Source: Candidatus Omnitrophota bacterium (GTDB lineage: Bacteria; Hinthialibacterota; Hinthialibacteria; Hinthialibacterales; JAKPRU01). Taken from it: a DNA stretch of 64,000 nucleotides. The position numbers were made by a program, and so were the translations under genes. Numbering within the stretch: position 1 is the stretch's first letter; each line of letters begins with the position of its first letter. Positions 36,053-45,014 of this stretch are shown here, piece after piece. Under the pieces are notes generated by a model. That model searched no databases. It worked only from the letters and a program-made list of their open reading frames with translations, and was not told the DNA's origin. The stretch spans positions 52,936 through 116,935 of the forward strand of contig JAKQSI010000042.1 of the NCBI GenBank assembly GCA_029570205.1, in the 5' to 3' direction.

Positions 36053-37876
36053 TTGGACCATCAACTGTTTCGCGCCAACCTCAACATCCTTCACCAGGTC
36101 TACCCCGATCTGGCAAACAAACTGGAGTCCTTCGAATACGGAGCCTCCAAACGGTTTGTGATTACGCCGCATCCCGACCGGGGCTGGACCTGTATGGACC
36201 GCGAGGAAAATCCGGAACATGCCATTCACGGTCCCCAGGATCCCTGGGCACAGGTCGAAAACTACCTTCTTAATGTCGACCTGATTGAACCGGAACTCAT
36301 CGTGATCTATCGCTGCGGCCTGGGGTACATGCCACAGTTAATTTATCCTCAGTTGCGCTCCGGTAGACGCGCCCAACGGCTACTGATTACCGAGGATCGC
36401 TGGGAGGTTCTTGCATCCTCTTTCTGGCTCCTGGACTGGACCGACATCCTTCGCTCCGACCGTGTGATTCTCCTGCACAGCGAGGAATCCGCGCAGTCCA
36501 TTATGCAATTCTTTGTAACGAACCCGATCGGGATGCTCCCCGTTCTGACACTCATCCCCGGATGCAACATGAGCCAGACCGACCGGCAGGTCTTTTCCGC
36601 CCTGCGGGAACGGATGGGACAACTCGCAAACGAAGTCCGCGTCCAGACCCAGGGATTTCTCCATGAACTGAAACATTATTACGTGAAACGCAGAGAAAGC
36701 ATCCGAAACGAAACGCCGGACCCTCCCCTCAAAGTCCTCTTTGTCGAACCGGAACATGATTATCTCGCCAAAAACATGATCGAAAGCCTTCGAGAAATGG
36801 GTTTCCGCTCCGACATGTACACGGGCAACATGCGGATGCTGCATTTTGTCAATCCCTGGCTCTGGCTCGTCTACACCGCTGAACATCACCCGGATATTCT
36901 CCTGTGGATGAATCGGAACTCCCTGTCCCCCCTTGGGAAACGATTTCTGGACGATCTTCCGATTACAAAGGCTATCTGGTACCTGGACAATCCCGAACGG
37001 GTCAAGGTCTCTATCGAGGAATTGGAGGCTACCGATATCGTATTCAGCTTCGATAAAAGTTACCTGCCTCTCTTGCGCGAGATGGGCGCCCATTCCGTTC
37101 ATACGCTGCACAACGCCGCCGGGCTGCTTCCGAAAGTCCGCCTGGATAACAATCCCCCGCCGCGACAGGGACCGGAGGTCGGATTTGTCGGCGCTCTTGC
37201 GGCGCACCGCTTCCTCCCCGTCCGCCGTTTCTGGCTCGAACGCGACCACGAATATGTGACAATTCTTGATGATATCGTGGAGGACTATCTCGCCGATCCA
37301 TCGAAAACACTTGCGTACCGCTACAAGAACTCACCTGCAATCGAACGGCTACCCTATTCCGGTTTCCCGGTTCTTTACCTGGAAGAACGCGCCACCTATC
37401 TCCGGCGGCTCCGTTTCCTGCAAGCCGTCAAAGATATGGAACTGAAGACTTATGGCGCACCGGAATGGGCGTCGCCCGAATACGCGAAAGATCTTGCGCC
37501 CTGCTACGCCGGGCACGCTCCCGATTACCATCGCGATCTGCCGCAACTGTACTATGATACGAACATTAACATTAACATCTTTCATGTTCAGTGTATCGAC
37601 TCCCCCAATCCGCGTGTATTTGATGTTCTCGCCTGCGGGGGATTTCTGATTACCGAGTACCGTCCTTCGCTGGAGGAGTATTTCCAGGATGGCGTCGAAC
37701 TCCGCTGGTTCAAGACAAAAGAGGAATTAGCGGAACTGGTTGCTTATTACCCCGAACATCCCGATGAACGGGAAGAGATCGCGCGTCGCGGGCAGAAAAA
37801 GGTTTTGGCCCATCACTTGGCGAAAAACCGCATGGAAACCATGATGAGTATCCTCTGGCCGGAACGAAAGAAATAG
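36053..37876 (+). CDS. CgeB-family glycosyltransferase-like protein with an N-terminal Maf/DUF115-like region
   Basis: 607 aa with a TTG start. The C-terminal block NINIFH......NPRVFDVLACGGFLITEY...LEEYF..G.EL..F....EL......Y..HP.ERE.IA..G resembles the CgeB/DUF3880 glycosyltransferase C-terminus. The N-terminal leader LFRANLNILHQVYPDLANKL resembles motility-accessory-factor-type proteins. Both assignments are from memory. Confidence 0.6.
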   Translation: MDHQLFRANLNILHQVYPDLANKLESFEYGASKRFVITPHPDRGWTCMDREENPEHAIHGPQDPWAQVENYLLNVDLIEPELIVIYRCGLGYMPQLIYPQLRSGRRAQRLLITEDRWEVLASSFWLLDWTDILRSDRVILLHSEESAQSIMQFFVTNPIGMLPVLTLIPGCNMSQTDRQVFSALRERMGQLANEVRVQTQGFLHELKHYYVKRRESIRNETPDPPLKVLFVEPEHDYLAKNMIESLREMGFRSDMYTGNMRMLHFVNPWLWLVYTAEHHPDILLWMNRNSLSPLGKRFLDDLPITKAIWYLDNPERVKVSIEELEATDIVFSFDKSYLPLLREMGAHSVHTLHNAAGLLPKVRLDNNPPPRQGPEVGFVGALAAHRFLPVRRFWLERDHEYVTILDDIVEDYLADPSKTLAYRYKNSPAIERLPYSGFPVLYLEERATYLRRLRFLQAVKDMELKTYGAPEWASPEYAKDLAPCYAGHAPDYHRDLPQLYYDTNININIFHVQCIDSPNPRVFDVLACGGFLITEYRPSLEEYFQDGVELRWFKTKEELAELVAYYPEHPDEREEIARRGQKKVLAHHLAKNRMETMMSILWPERKK

Positions 37877-37886
37877 ATTTCATAAC

Positions 37887-39548
37887 ATGTCTCGCCTCAT
37901 CCCAGGGAGCCGTTTCCTTTCACTGTTACTGGGAGCGTTGTTTTTAACCGCCTGTCTTTCCTGTCGCACGGAAACAACCGCATCATCCAGAGTTCTGCCC
38001 CTGCTTTACCGTGGCCAGGTTGTTCCCGACGAACAGAATAGATTGTGTTTTGTTTATCGCGCCCATCCGATCAGGACGCAAAATCACGAATCCGTTACGA
38101 TTATGATTAACACACTGCAATTCCACCAATGGAAATGCAGTTGGTTCATTGAACGCTCGGATCAGACGATACCATTGGATTCCTCAGAGCCGATCTCCTG
38201 CACGGAAGGCGACGTTCTTGGAGTGCGGCTTTCATACAGAGGCCCACTGGACCTTACAGAAACGGATTTGGAGAATTGCCGCCCACGATTCCTTGCGGTC
38301 AGAATCAATGGCGCACAACCGTCACCGCGAAAGCCGAACGTCGCGATTGTCCTTGTCGATGCCATGCGCCCGGATCATCTCCCCGGCGAGAAATACCCGG
38401 ATATCCTCGCGCCACACCTGCAGAACATGCGCTTGTTGGGGACCGAGTTTACGAACTGGCATTCGACTTCCTCTTCTTCGCGGCCCGCTGTCGGCTCGAT
38501 ATTCACCGGTCTTTACCCGCGCGCTCATGGCGCAATTCGACACACAACCGCCGCTGCCTCCCTCTTTCCGGGAGTGAAAACTATTGCAGAGTGTTTTCGC
38601 GAGGAAGGCTACCGGACAGCTGCATTCCACTCCAACGCACAGATATCCGCGCAATTCGGCTTCGACCGTGGCTTTGATATCTATAAAGGACCTTTATGGG
38701 ACCCGGATGTCATTATGGAATCGAACCGTTGGCTTTCATCCACAACTTCGCCGTTCTTTCTGTATGTTCATTTGATCCGGCTCCATGCTCCTTACCGGCC
38801 GACCGACTATTTCGATCATCTGTATAGAGGCATGACCGGCGATCCCGAACACGACCGGTACTGTTCCGAAATCACATTGAGCGATCAATCCATCGGCGAG
38901 TTCCTGCTGACGATGATTGAATGGGGATATTTTGACAATACGATATTCTGGTTCCTGTCGGATCACGGGGAGGAATTCGGAGAGCATGGCGGCCGCTATC
39001 ATGGCTATGCGCTTTACGAGGAGAGTATTCGCACGCTGTCGATTCTTGTCCGTCCATCTGTTGCCCCGAGGGAGTCCGCGTGTGGGTTGATTACAAGTCA
39101 CGTAGATGTGCTGCCGACGTTATGTTCTTTCGCACATGTGCCGATATCGTCGCCGGTTCAGGGAATGGACCTGTCCGGAGTGGTGGAAGGGAAGGAAACT
39201 GCCATGCAGGATCGGGCCATTTTCGCGCAATCCTACGGTGGCGAGGACTCGGATCCTCTCGTATCTGTACGCGATGCGGTAATATGGAATGGATGGAAAT
39301 GGATCGCACCGGCGTATGGAACCCAGCGTGAATTGTACAACCTGATGGAGGACCCCGGGGAACGGAAGAATCTCTACGCAGACGATCACCCGGTCGCAAC
39401 ACAGTTGGATGCGAAACTCCGCGAGTTTGTAGGCGAATCGGACAAGATTGCGGAGAAGATGGGCCGCGCGGAGGCGTTGGCGGGTCATCCGGCAAGTTAT
39501 TCCGACAAAGAATTAGAAAACCTGCGCCAACTCGGCTATATTCGTTAG
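37887..39548 (+). CDS. Sulfatase-like hydrolase/transferase (alkaline-phosphatase superfamily), exported
   Basis: 553 aa with a signal peptide. It has the metal-site motif VLVDAMRPDHL and a later SDHGEEFGEHG. The position of the C/S-x-P-x-R formylglycine motif reads S-R-P-A-V, so the Arg is missing. Confidence 0.8.
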   Translation: MSRLIPGSRFLSLLLGALFLTACLSCRTETTASSRVLPLLYRGQVVPDEQNRLCFVYRAHPIRTQNHESVTIMINTLQFHQWKCSWFIERSDQTIPLDSSEPISCTEGDVLGVRLSYRGPLDLTETDLENCRPRFLAVRINGAQPSPRKPNVAIVLVDAMRPDHLPGEKYPDILAPHLQNMRLLGTEFTNWHSTSSSSRPAVGSIFTGLYPRAHGAIRHTTAAASLFPGVKTIAECFREEGYRTAAFHSNAQISAQFGFDRGFDIYKGPLWDPDVIMESNRWLSSTTSPFFLYVHLIRLHAPYRPTDYFDHLYRGMTGDPEHDRYCSEITLSDQSIGEFLLTMIEWGYFDNTIFWFLSDHGEEFGEHGGRYHGYALYEESIRTLSILVRPSVAPRESACGLITSHVDVLPTLCSFAHVPISSPVQGMDLSGVVEGKETAMQDRAIFAQSYGGEDSDPLVSVRDAVIWNGWKWIAPAYGTQRELYNLMEDPGERKNLYADDHPVATQLDAKLREFVGESDKIAEKMGRAEALAGHPASYSDKELENLRQLGYIR

Positions 39549-40393
39549 TCCGGCTCGGCGTATCCCATCCGTTCCAATGGTGCGAGTTCCCCCGGATAAG
39601 TAACCCGAACAAGTGTCAGTCCGTGCGCAGGCGCGGTCTGGCCCGCGCGGGTTCGATCGCGACTCTTAAGGATGTCCTGTACGTCTTCGAGAGATAATGT
39701 TCCGAGGCCGACTTCAATTAGCGTTCCGACAATTGTTCTGACCATGTGGCGAAGAAAGGCATAGCCTTCAATCCAGAAATGGATGCAATGGCCTTCCTGC
39801 AAAAGCACGGCTCCGGTAATTCGTCTAACCGGGTTGCGTGCCTCGCAATGGGTACTGCGAAATGCACTGAAATCATGGACCCCGACGAAGACCCGCGTGG
39901 CCTCCTGCATCGCGGGGATATCGAGCGGCCTGTAAATACGGGCCGTTGTTCGCCGGATCAGCGGGTCGCGCCGGCGGGAATGGAGGATACTGTATCGGTA
40001 TGTCCGCCTGCGGGCGTGTCGTCTGGCATCCCAATCCAGCGGCACATCCGAAACATCCGTTACGGTGACATCGTCGGGAAGATAATAATTGATTGCCCGA
40101 TGCAGCGCCTCAGTAGTCAATTGCGTGTGCGAGAAAAACTGCGCCACCTGGTGTTCCGCGTGAACTCCGGCGTCGGTCCGCCCGGCAGCATGAACACGGG
40201 GAAGATCGGGCAGTATATGGCGAATGGCTTCAAGCAACACGCCCTCTACGGATCGCTGATTATCCTGCATCTGCCAGCCGCAAAAATCCGTTCCTTCGTA
40301 ACGAAGGTCTAATCGAATGTTTCGCGGGGTCGTGTGTTCGTCGGGGGATGTCAATCGTTCGATGCTTTCTTTCGCTTGCGGAGTTCCGCCCAT
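39545..40393 (-). CDS. truA: tRNA pseudouridine(38-40) synthase
   Basis: It has Y.GT.F.GWQ.Q and the catalytic AAGRTDAGVHA. The ATG at 40393 overlaps rarA by 43 nt. An alternative TTG at 40354 overlaps the rarA stop as TTGA. Confidence 0.9.
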   Translation of the reverse strand: MGGTPQAKESIERLTSPDEHTTPRNIRLDLRYEGTDFCGWQMQDNQRSVEGVLLEAIRHILPDLPRVHAAGRTDAGVHAEHQVAQFFSHTQLTTEALHRAINYYLPDDVTVTDVSDVPLDWDARRHARRRTYRYSILHSRRRDPLIRRTTARIYRPLDIPAMQEATRVFVGVHDFSAFRSTHCEARNPVRRITGAVLLQEGHCIHFWIEGYAFLRHMVRTIVGTLIEVGLGTLSLEDVQDILKSRDRTRAGQTAPAHGLTLVRVTYPGELAPLERMGYAEPD

Positions 40394-41730
40394 TCCTCAA
40401 GGCGTTTTTTGATTTTTGCTTCGTGCCCGCGATCCGTCGGCTCATAGAATACTTTGCCCTTCAGCTGTTCGGGGAGATCTTCCTGGAGCACGATGGCCTC
40501 ATCGTCGTCGTGGGCGTACTGATATCCTTTGCCGTAGCCGAACTCTTTCATCAGGCGTGTCGGCGCGTTACGGATGTGCATCGGCACGGGCAGGTAGCCG
40601 TGATTCTTTACCGCCTGCATGGCCTCGCCGAATGCGCGATATACGCGGTTGCTCTTTGGCGCGCAGGAAACATACACAACGGCCTCGGCTAATGCGAGTT
40701 CCCCTTCGGGTGTTCCCAGGAAATGGTAGGAATCCTTCGCGGCGAGCGTAACAAGGAGCGCCATCGGATCGGCTAACCCGACATCCTCCGATGCGAAACG
40801 CACAATCCGCCTTGCAAGATACAGCGGGTCTTCGCCGCCTTCCAGCATTCGCGCCAGCCAGTATAGCGCAGCCTGCGGATCGCTGTCCCGCATACTCTTA
40901 TGCAGCGCAGAAATTAAGTTGTAGTGTTCCTCGCCGGACTTGTCGTAGAGAATCCGTTTAGCCTGCAAGGCTTCCCCGCAGACTTTCCGGGTAATGATTC
41001 GTTCGTCCGGCGGTCGGCGGCGCAGATACACGGCGGTCTGCTGCAAGTAGTTGAGCGCGGTCCGCGCGTCGCCATGGGAAGCGCGGGCGATGATTTCCAG
41101 GGATTCCGCGTCGGCGGACTGCACAGCCCCGTCGGATTGAAGGATCGCAAGGCCGCGTTCCAGGATCGTCACCAGATCTCTTTCGCCAAGGCCGTCCAGT
41201 TTGAAGACGGTGACACGGGATAGCAGCGGCCCGACTACCTCGAAGGACGGATTCTCCGTGGTGGCTCCGATCAGATCGACCAGGCCGGATTCGACGTGCG
41301 GAAGCAGCGCGTCCTGCTGGGATTTGTTCCAGCGGTGGATTTCATCAATAAACAGCACCGTCCGTTTACCCCGCGCCTGGTTCCGTTTGGCCTTCTCGAC
41401 AATGGTCCGAAGATCCTTAACCCCCGACTCAGTCGCGGAAAGTTGAAGGAATTCGGCGCGGGTGACACCGGCGATAACTCGCGCCAGTGTCGTCTTCCCG
41501 CTCCCGGGGGGTCCCCATAGAATCATGGAGGGGATACGGTCAATCTCCACCGCCTGCCGCAGCGGTTTGCCGGGGCCGAGAAGCTCGTTCTGCCCGACAA
41601 TCTCATCCAGCGTAACCGGCCGCGCCCGCTCGGCAAGTGGAATGCGCTCTTTCGGCATGGGCACAGGAGTCGGCTCCGCCGTTTCGGGTTCATGCTCAAA
41701 TAGCGCGCCTTGGGAGGATTCTTCATTCAT
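40351..41730 (-). CDS. rarA: Replication-associated recombination protein A (AAA+ ATPase)
   Basis: It has Walker A ILWGPPGSGKTTLA, Walker B LFIDEIHR, and the C-terminal MgsA domain (HYNLISALHKSMRDSDPQAALYWLARML, YQYAHD). Confidence 0.93.
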   Translation of the reverse strand: MNEESSQGALFEHEPETAEPTPVPMPKERIPLAERARPVTLDEIVGQNELLGPGKPLRQAVEIDRIPSMILWGPPGSGKTTLARVIAGVTRAEFLQLSATESGVKDLRTIVEKAKRNQARGKRTVLFIDEIHRWNKSQQDALLPHVESGLVDLIGATTENPSFEVVGPLLSRVTVFKLDGLGERDLVTILERGLAILQSDGAVQSADAESLEIIARASHGDARTALNYLQQTAVYLRRRPPDERIITRKVCGEALQAKRILYDKSGEEHYNLISALHKSMRDSDPQAALYWLARMLEGGEDPLYLARRIVRFASEDVGLADPMALLVTLAAKDSYHFLGTPEGELALAEAVVYVSCAPKSNRVYRAFGEAMQAVKNHGYLPVPMHIRNAPTRLMKEFGYGKGYQYAHDDDEAIVLQEDLPEQLKGKVFYEPTDRGHEAKIKKRLEEWAELRKRKKASND

Positions 41731-41859
41731 GGAACTGATCGCCTGATCCCTGCCGATTTTCTGCGAGACGATGATACACTTCGTTCGTTGATTATCTTGA
41801 CGGAACCGGGCAAATCCGCCAAGTGGCGGCCAGGCCCCAGCCTGTTTGGGAGTTTGTGC

Positions 41860-43137
41860 ATGAAAACCGTTTTATCCGTACTTCTTTGCGCAATCATCCT
41901 GGTCGGCATATCCCTTGCGCCAGGGGCACAGTCACTTCTGGTCCCGATGGATTCATCCCAGAAAAACCACCTGAAGGCGTATGGATTAACCTACTGGGCT
42001 TTGCAGGAGCCGCGACGATTCAAGGCAGACTGGCTGCTGAATTATCGCGGCGGCTCGTTTCTGATCCACGAGGTGGACCAGTCTGCCGAGAAAGCCGCGC
42101 TGATGGGAGTCTCCTGTCAGCCGGTCGGTCCGAGCGAAATCGCCGAGATTTATCAGACCATCGAGCGGGAGAACATGGACCGCATCCTTCTCGAAAAGGC
42201 CCCCAAAATCGCAGTGTATACGCCTCCCAGCGCCGAACCGTGGGATGATGCGGTAACCCTGGCGCTGACTTATGCCGAAATCCCCTACGAGACCCTCTGG
42301 GATGAGGAGGTCTTGCTCGGACGTCTCCCGAATTATGACTGGCTGCACCTGCACCATGAGGACTTCACAGGCCAGTACGGCAAATTTTATCGCACGTATC
42401 GCAATGCGCCCTGGTATATCGAACAGGTCAAAACTTTCGAGGCCACCGCGCGCGCCGCCGGATTCCAGTCTGTTCAGGAACATAAGGCCGCCGTGGCCGC
42501 GAGAGTGGTTGAATACGTGGCTCAAGGCGGATTCCTGTTCGCCATGTGTGCCGCCACCGATACCCTGGATATCGCCCGCGCTGCCACAGGCCTGGATATT
42601 GTTGCGCCGGAAATCGACGGCGATGGCCTCACCCCGGGATTTCAGGATAAGTTGGATTTCACAAAAACACTCGCTTTTGAAAACTTCCAGCTGGTCACCG
42701 ATCCCAATATCTACGAATTTTCAGATATCGACACCAGCAATGCGCCCGTCACACCCGGATCGCGTTACACCGCCGAGCAGTTCACTCTGTTTGAGTTCTC
42801 CGCAAAATTCGATCCCGTCCCGACCATGCTGACCCAGGATCATGTCGCCCAAGTCCATGATTTTCTCGGCCAGACCAGCGCTTTCCGAAAAGAAAAAATC
42901 AAACCCAGTGTTATCATCCTGGGCGAATTCCCCGGACAGAATGTGGCCAAATACATTCATGGCGTGTATGGGCAAGGAACGTTCACTTTCCTGGCGGGCC
43001 ATGACCCCGAGGACAGGGAGCATCTGGTCGGCGAGCAGGCCACCGATCTGGCTCAATACCCCAATTCCCCGGGCTATCGCCTCATTCTCAACAACATCCT
43101 GTTCCCGGCAGCGAAGAAAAAAGAGCGGAAAACCTGA
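41860..43137 (+). CDS. Secreted hypothetical protein (a family I recall being auto-annotated as asparagine synthetase B, probably wrongly)
   Basis: I place the start at MKTVLSVLLCAIILVGISLAPGAQS (41860). The conserved-looking N-terminal block is LVPMDSSQKNHLKAYGLTYWAL. The ORF is open from 41710, but that extension overlaps rarA on the opposite strand and lacks a signal peptide. Confidence 0.6.
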   Translation: MKTVLSVLLCAIILVGISLAPGAQSLLVPMDSSQKNHLKAYGLTYWALQEPRRFKADWLLNYRGGSFLIHEVDQSAEKAALMGVSCQPVGPSEIAEIYQTIERENMDRILLEKAPKIAVYTPPSAEPWDDAVTLALTYAEIPYETLWDEEVLLGRLPNYDWLHLHHEDFTGQYGKFYRTYRNAPWYIEQVKTFEATARAAGFQSVQEHKAAVAARVVEYVAQGGFLFAMCAATDTLDIARAATGLDIVAPEIDGDGLTPGFQDKLDFTKTLAFENFQLVTDPNIYEFSDIDTSNAPVTPGSRYTAEQFTLFEFSAKFDPVPTMLTQDHVAQVHDFLGQTSAFRKEKIKPSVIILGEFPGQNVAKYIHGVYGQGTFTFLAGHDPEDREHLVGEQATDLAQYPNSPGYRLILNNILFPAAKKKERKT

Positions 43138-43152
43138 GGCATTTCTATCTTT

Positions 43153-43196
43153 TTGTCTGTGCCTGTTTGTCTTTGTTCATGTCTGTCTGTGTTTCC
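43153..43196. repeat. Low-complexity TGTCTGT-type tract between convergent genes
   Basis: ttgtctgtgcctgtttgtctttgttcatgtctgtctgtgtttcc contains repeated tgtct/tgttt units. Confidence 0.6.
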
Positions 43197-43247
43197 ACTC
43201 GCTTGTCCGCCGTTAAAAATCTTCCCGCATTGTCCACGGGTCACCCG

Positions 43248-43850
43248 TCAACGGATGGAAATCAGGTTGTCATCCGCAGGCGGATAACCTGCCTCGTCGA
43301 GCATCCGGCTGAGTTCCATGGTGGGAAGCCCGATGATGTTATGATACGAACCTTTCACTTGGGTCACAAATCGTTTTGCCTCTCCCTGGATGGCGTAGGC
43401 TCCCGCCTTGTCCATCGGTTCGCCTCCGGAAACATACTCCGCGATCTCATCCGCTGAAAGCGCGCGAAAACAAACCTCGGATCGAACAACCCTCACACGC
43501 TCCACGGTTCGATCCAGACAGACCAGCGCCAACCCCGTCCACACCTCATGCCATCGACCCGACAGCCCGGCAAGCATGGCCTCCGCATCCCGCGCCGAAC
43601 GCGGTTTCCCCAGGATACGATCATCCACCGAGACCGCCGTATCCGCCCCGATCACCAGATGATCCGGGTACAATGCGGCCACCCGCAAGGCCTTCTCCAG
43701 CGCAATCCGAGCCACATAACTGTTCGGCAGCTCATCAAGTATCGGCAGCTCCGCCAGGTTGCCTGGGACAACATGAAAGTCCAGCCCCATTTTCTGCATC
43801 AACTCGGATCGGCGGGGGGACTCGCTGGCCAAAATCAATCCTTTATACAT
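43248..43850 (-). CDS. maf: Maf-like nucleoside triphosphate pyrophosphatase
   Basis: It has LILASESPRRSELM, IGADT.V..D..ILGKP and GAYAIQG motifs. The start is uncertain (ATG 43850, TTG 43856 or ATG 43907). Confidence 0.88.
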   Translation of the reverse strand: MYKGLILASESPRRSELMQKMGLDFHVVPGNLAELPILDELPNSYVARIALEKALRVAALYPDHLVIGADTAVSVDDRILGKPRSARDAEAMLAGLSGRWHEVWTGLALVCLDRTVERVRVVRSEVCFRALSADEIAEYVSGGEPMDKAGAYAIQGEAKRFVTQVKGSYHNIIGLPTMELSRMLDEAGYPPADDNLISIR

Positions 43851-43872
43851 GGACAAGGAACTCGGTCTCCTT

Positions 43873-44847
43873 TCAGCGACGCCATCGTTGCAAAAACACC
43901 GCCGCAATAATGATAGCGCCTTTCAGAACGTATTGGACATTGGAGTCCACATTCTGCAGGTTCAGCACGTTGATAATGATCCCGATAATCAGCGCACCCG
44001 CCAGGGTGTCGATCACACGCCCCACTCCTCCCGCCAGGCTGGTTCCCCCGATCACCGCCGCCGCAATTGCGTCCAACTCGTAGGCCAGCCCATCGCTGGC
44101 CGGATTCCCCTGAACCAGCTGGGCACATTGGATAATCCCGCCCAGCGCCGAGAGCAGTCCCGAGAGGGCATAAGTCACAATGATGGTGAATCCCACATTG
44201 ATCCCCGCCAGCCGCGCCGCTTCCTGGTTGCCCCCGATGGCATAGACATTTCGCCCGTAACGGGTCTTGCTCAGAAGGATATGAAACACCCCCACGACCA
44301 CAAGGAATAGAATCGCCTGGGCGGGGATTGGAATAAACCAGAGATCGAATCGGTATGCGATCCACGCAAATGCGGGGTCTGCGCCGTCCGGACCATACCC
44401 GATCGGCTGACTGGGACCCCCCGTAATAAGCCGCGCCGCTCCACGAATTGCGATCATCAATGCAAGGGTCGCCACAAACGGTTGGAATCGCCCCCATGTA
44501 ATCAACAAGCCCGCCAGCACGCCAAAAGATATCCCCGGCAGGAGCGTCAGAAAAATCGTCGGTATCGCCGACATGTGCCGTTGCATCAGCAGCACCGCCG
44601 CCATCGTGGAGGCAAACGCCAGGATCGCTCCGACCGATAGATCGATTCCCCCCGTAATAATCACCAGCGTCATCCCGACCGCCAGAATCCCCTTCACCGA
44701 AACCATCCGCACAATTTCCGTGAGGTTGGATGGGTCCAGGAATACCACTTCTCCCCGACGAATCGGAGAACAGACACACGCGGCCACAAATACCAGCAGC
44801 AAAACCGGCCACGGACCGGACAACCGCCGGATCCATTCTTGTCTCAT
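43873..44847 (-). CDS. ABC transporter permease, sugar (RbsC/branched) type
   Basis: 324 aa with about 9-10 TMs and typical GGIDLSVGAI and GG.SL.GG.G motifs. No ATPase or binding-protein gene is adjacent. Confidence 0.85.
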   Translation of the reverse strand: MRQEWIRRLSGPWPVLLLVFVAACVCSPIRRGEVVFLDPSNLTEIVRMVSVKGILAVGMTLVIITGGIDLSVGAILAFASTMAAVLLMQRHMSAIPTIFLTLLPGISFGVLAGLLITWGRFQPFVATLALMIAIRGAARLITGGPSQPIGYGPDGADPAFAWIAYRFDLWFIPIPAQAILFLVVVGVFHILLSKTRYGRNVYAIGGNQEAARLAGINVGFTIIVTYALSGLLSALGGIIQCAQLVQGNPASDGLAYELDAIAAAVIGGTSLAGGVGRVIDTLAGALIIGIIINVLNLQNVDSNVQYVLKGAIIIAAVFLQRWRR

Positions 44848-44897
44848 TTTGTCAGGCTTCTCCCTGACTCAGGGTGGGGGCAAACCCTAAACCCTCT

Positions 44898-44951
44898 TTG
44901 ATATAGGATGGGGTCAACTCCTGAACCGTATTTGACGCAGGATGGCGTCAA
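44898..44951. promoter_or_regulatory. Two tandem operator-like sites TTGAYRY-AGGATG-GSGTCAA upstream of the permease gene
   Basis: Site 2 (44932-44951) is TTGACGC AGGATG GCGTCAA, with perfect 7-bp inverted arms. Site 1 (44898-44917) is TTGATAT AGGATG GGGTCAA, with the same spacer and partial arms. Their centres are 34 bp apart. Confidence 0.35.
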
Positions 44952-44970
44952 CCTTGTCTGCGCGCTACCC

Positions 44971-45011
44971 CCCCCTCTCCATTCTTGGAGAGGGGGCCGG
45001 GGGGTGAGGAC
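44971..45011. repeat. Dispersed GC-rich repeat, family B
   Basis: It has a perfect 10-bp hairpin CCCCTCTCCA-TTCT-TGGAGAGGGG followed by gccggggggtgaggac. It lies immediately downstream of the YbgF-like gene. Confidence 0.75.
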
Positions 45012-45014
45012 ATC

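Noticed and set aside
39545-40393. Gene overlaps: a convergent 4-nt overlap of the sulfatase-like and truA stop codons (39545-39548), and a 43-nt truA/rarA overlap
   Set aside because: Stop-stop overlaps occur by chance in compact genomes. The truA/rarA overlap probably disappears if truA starts at the TTG at 40354 (a TTGA start/stop overlap). Neither needs a special explanation.
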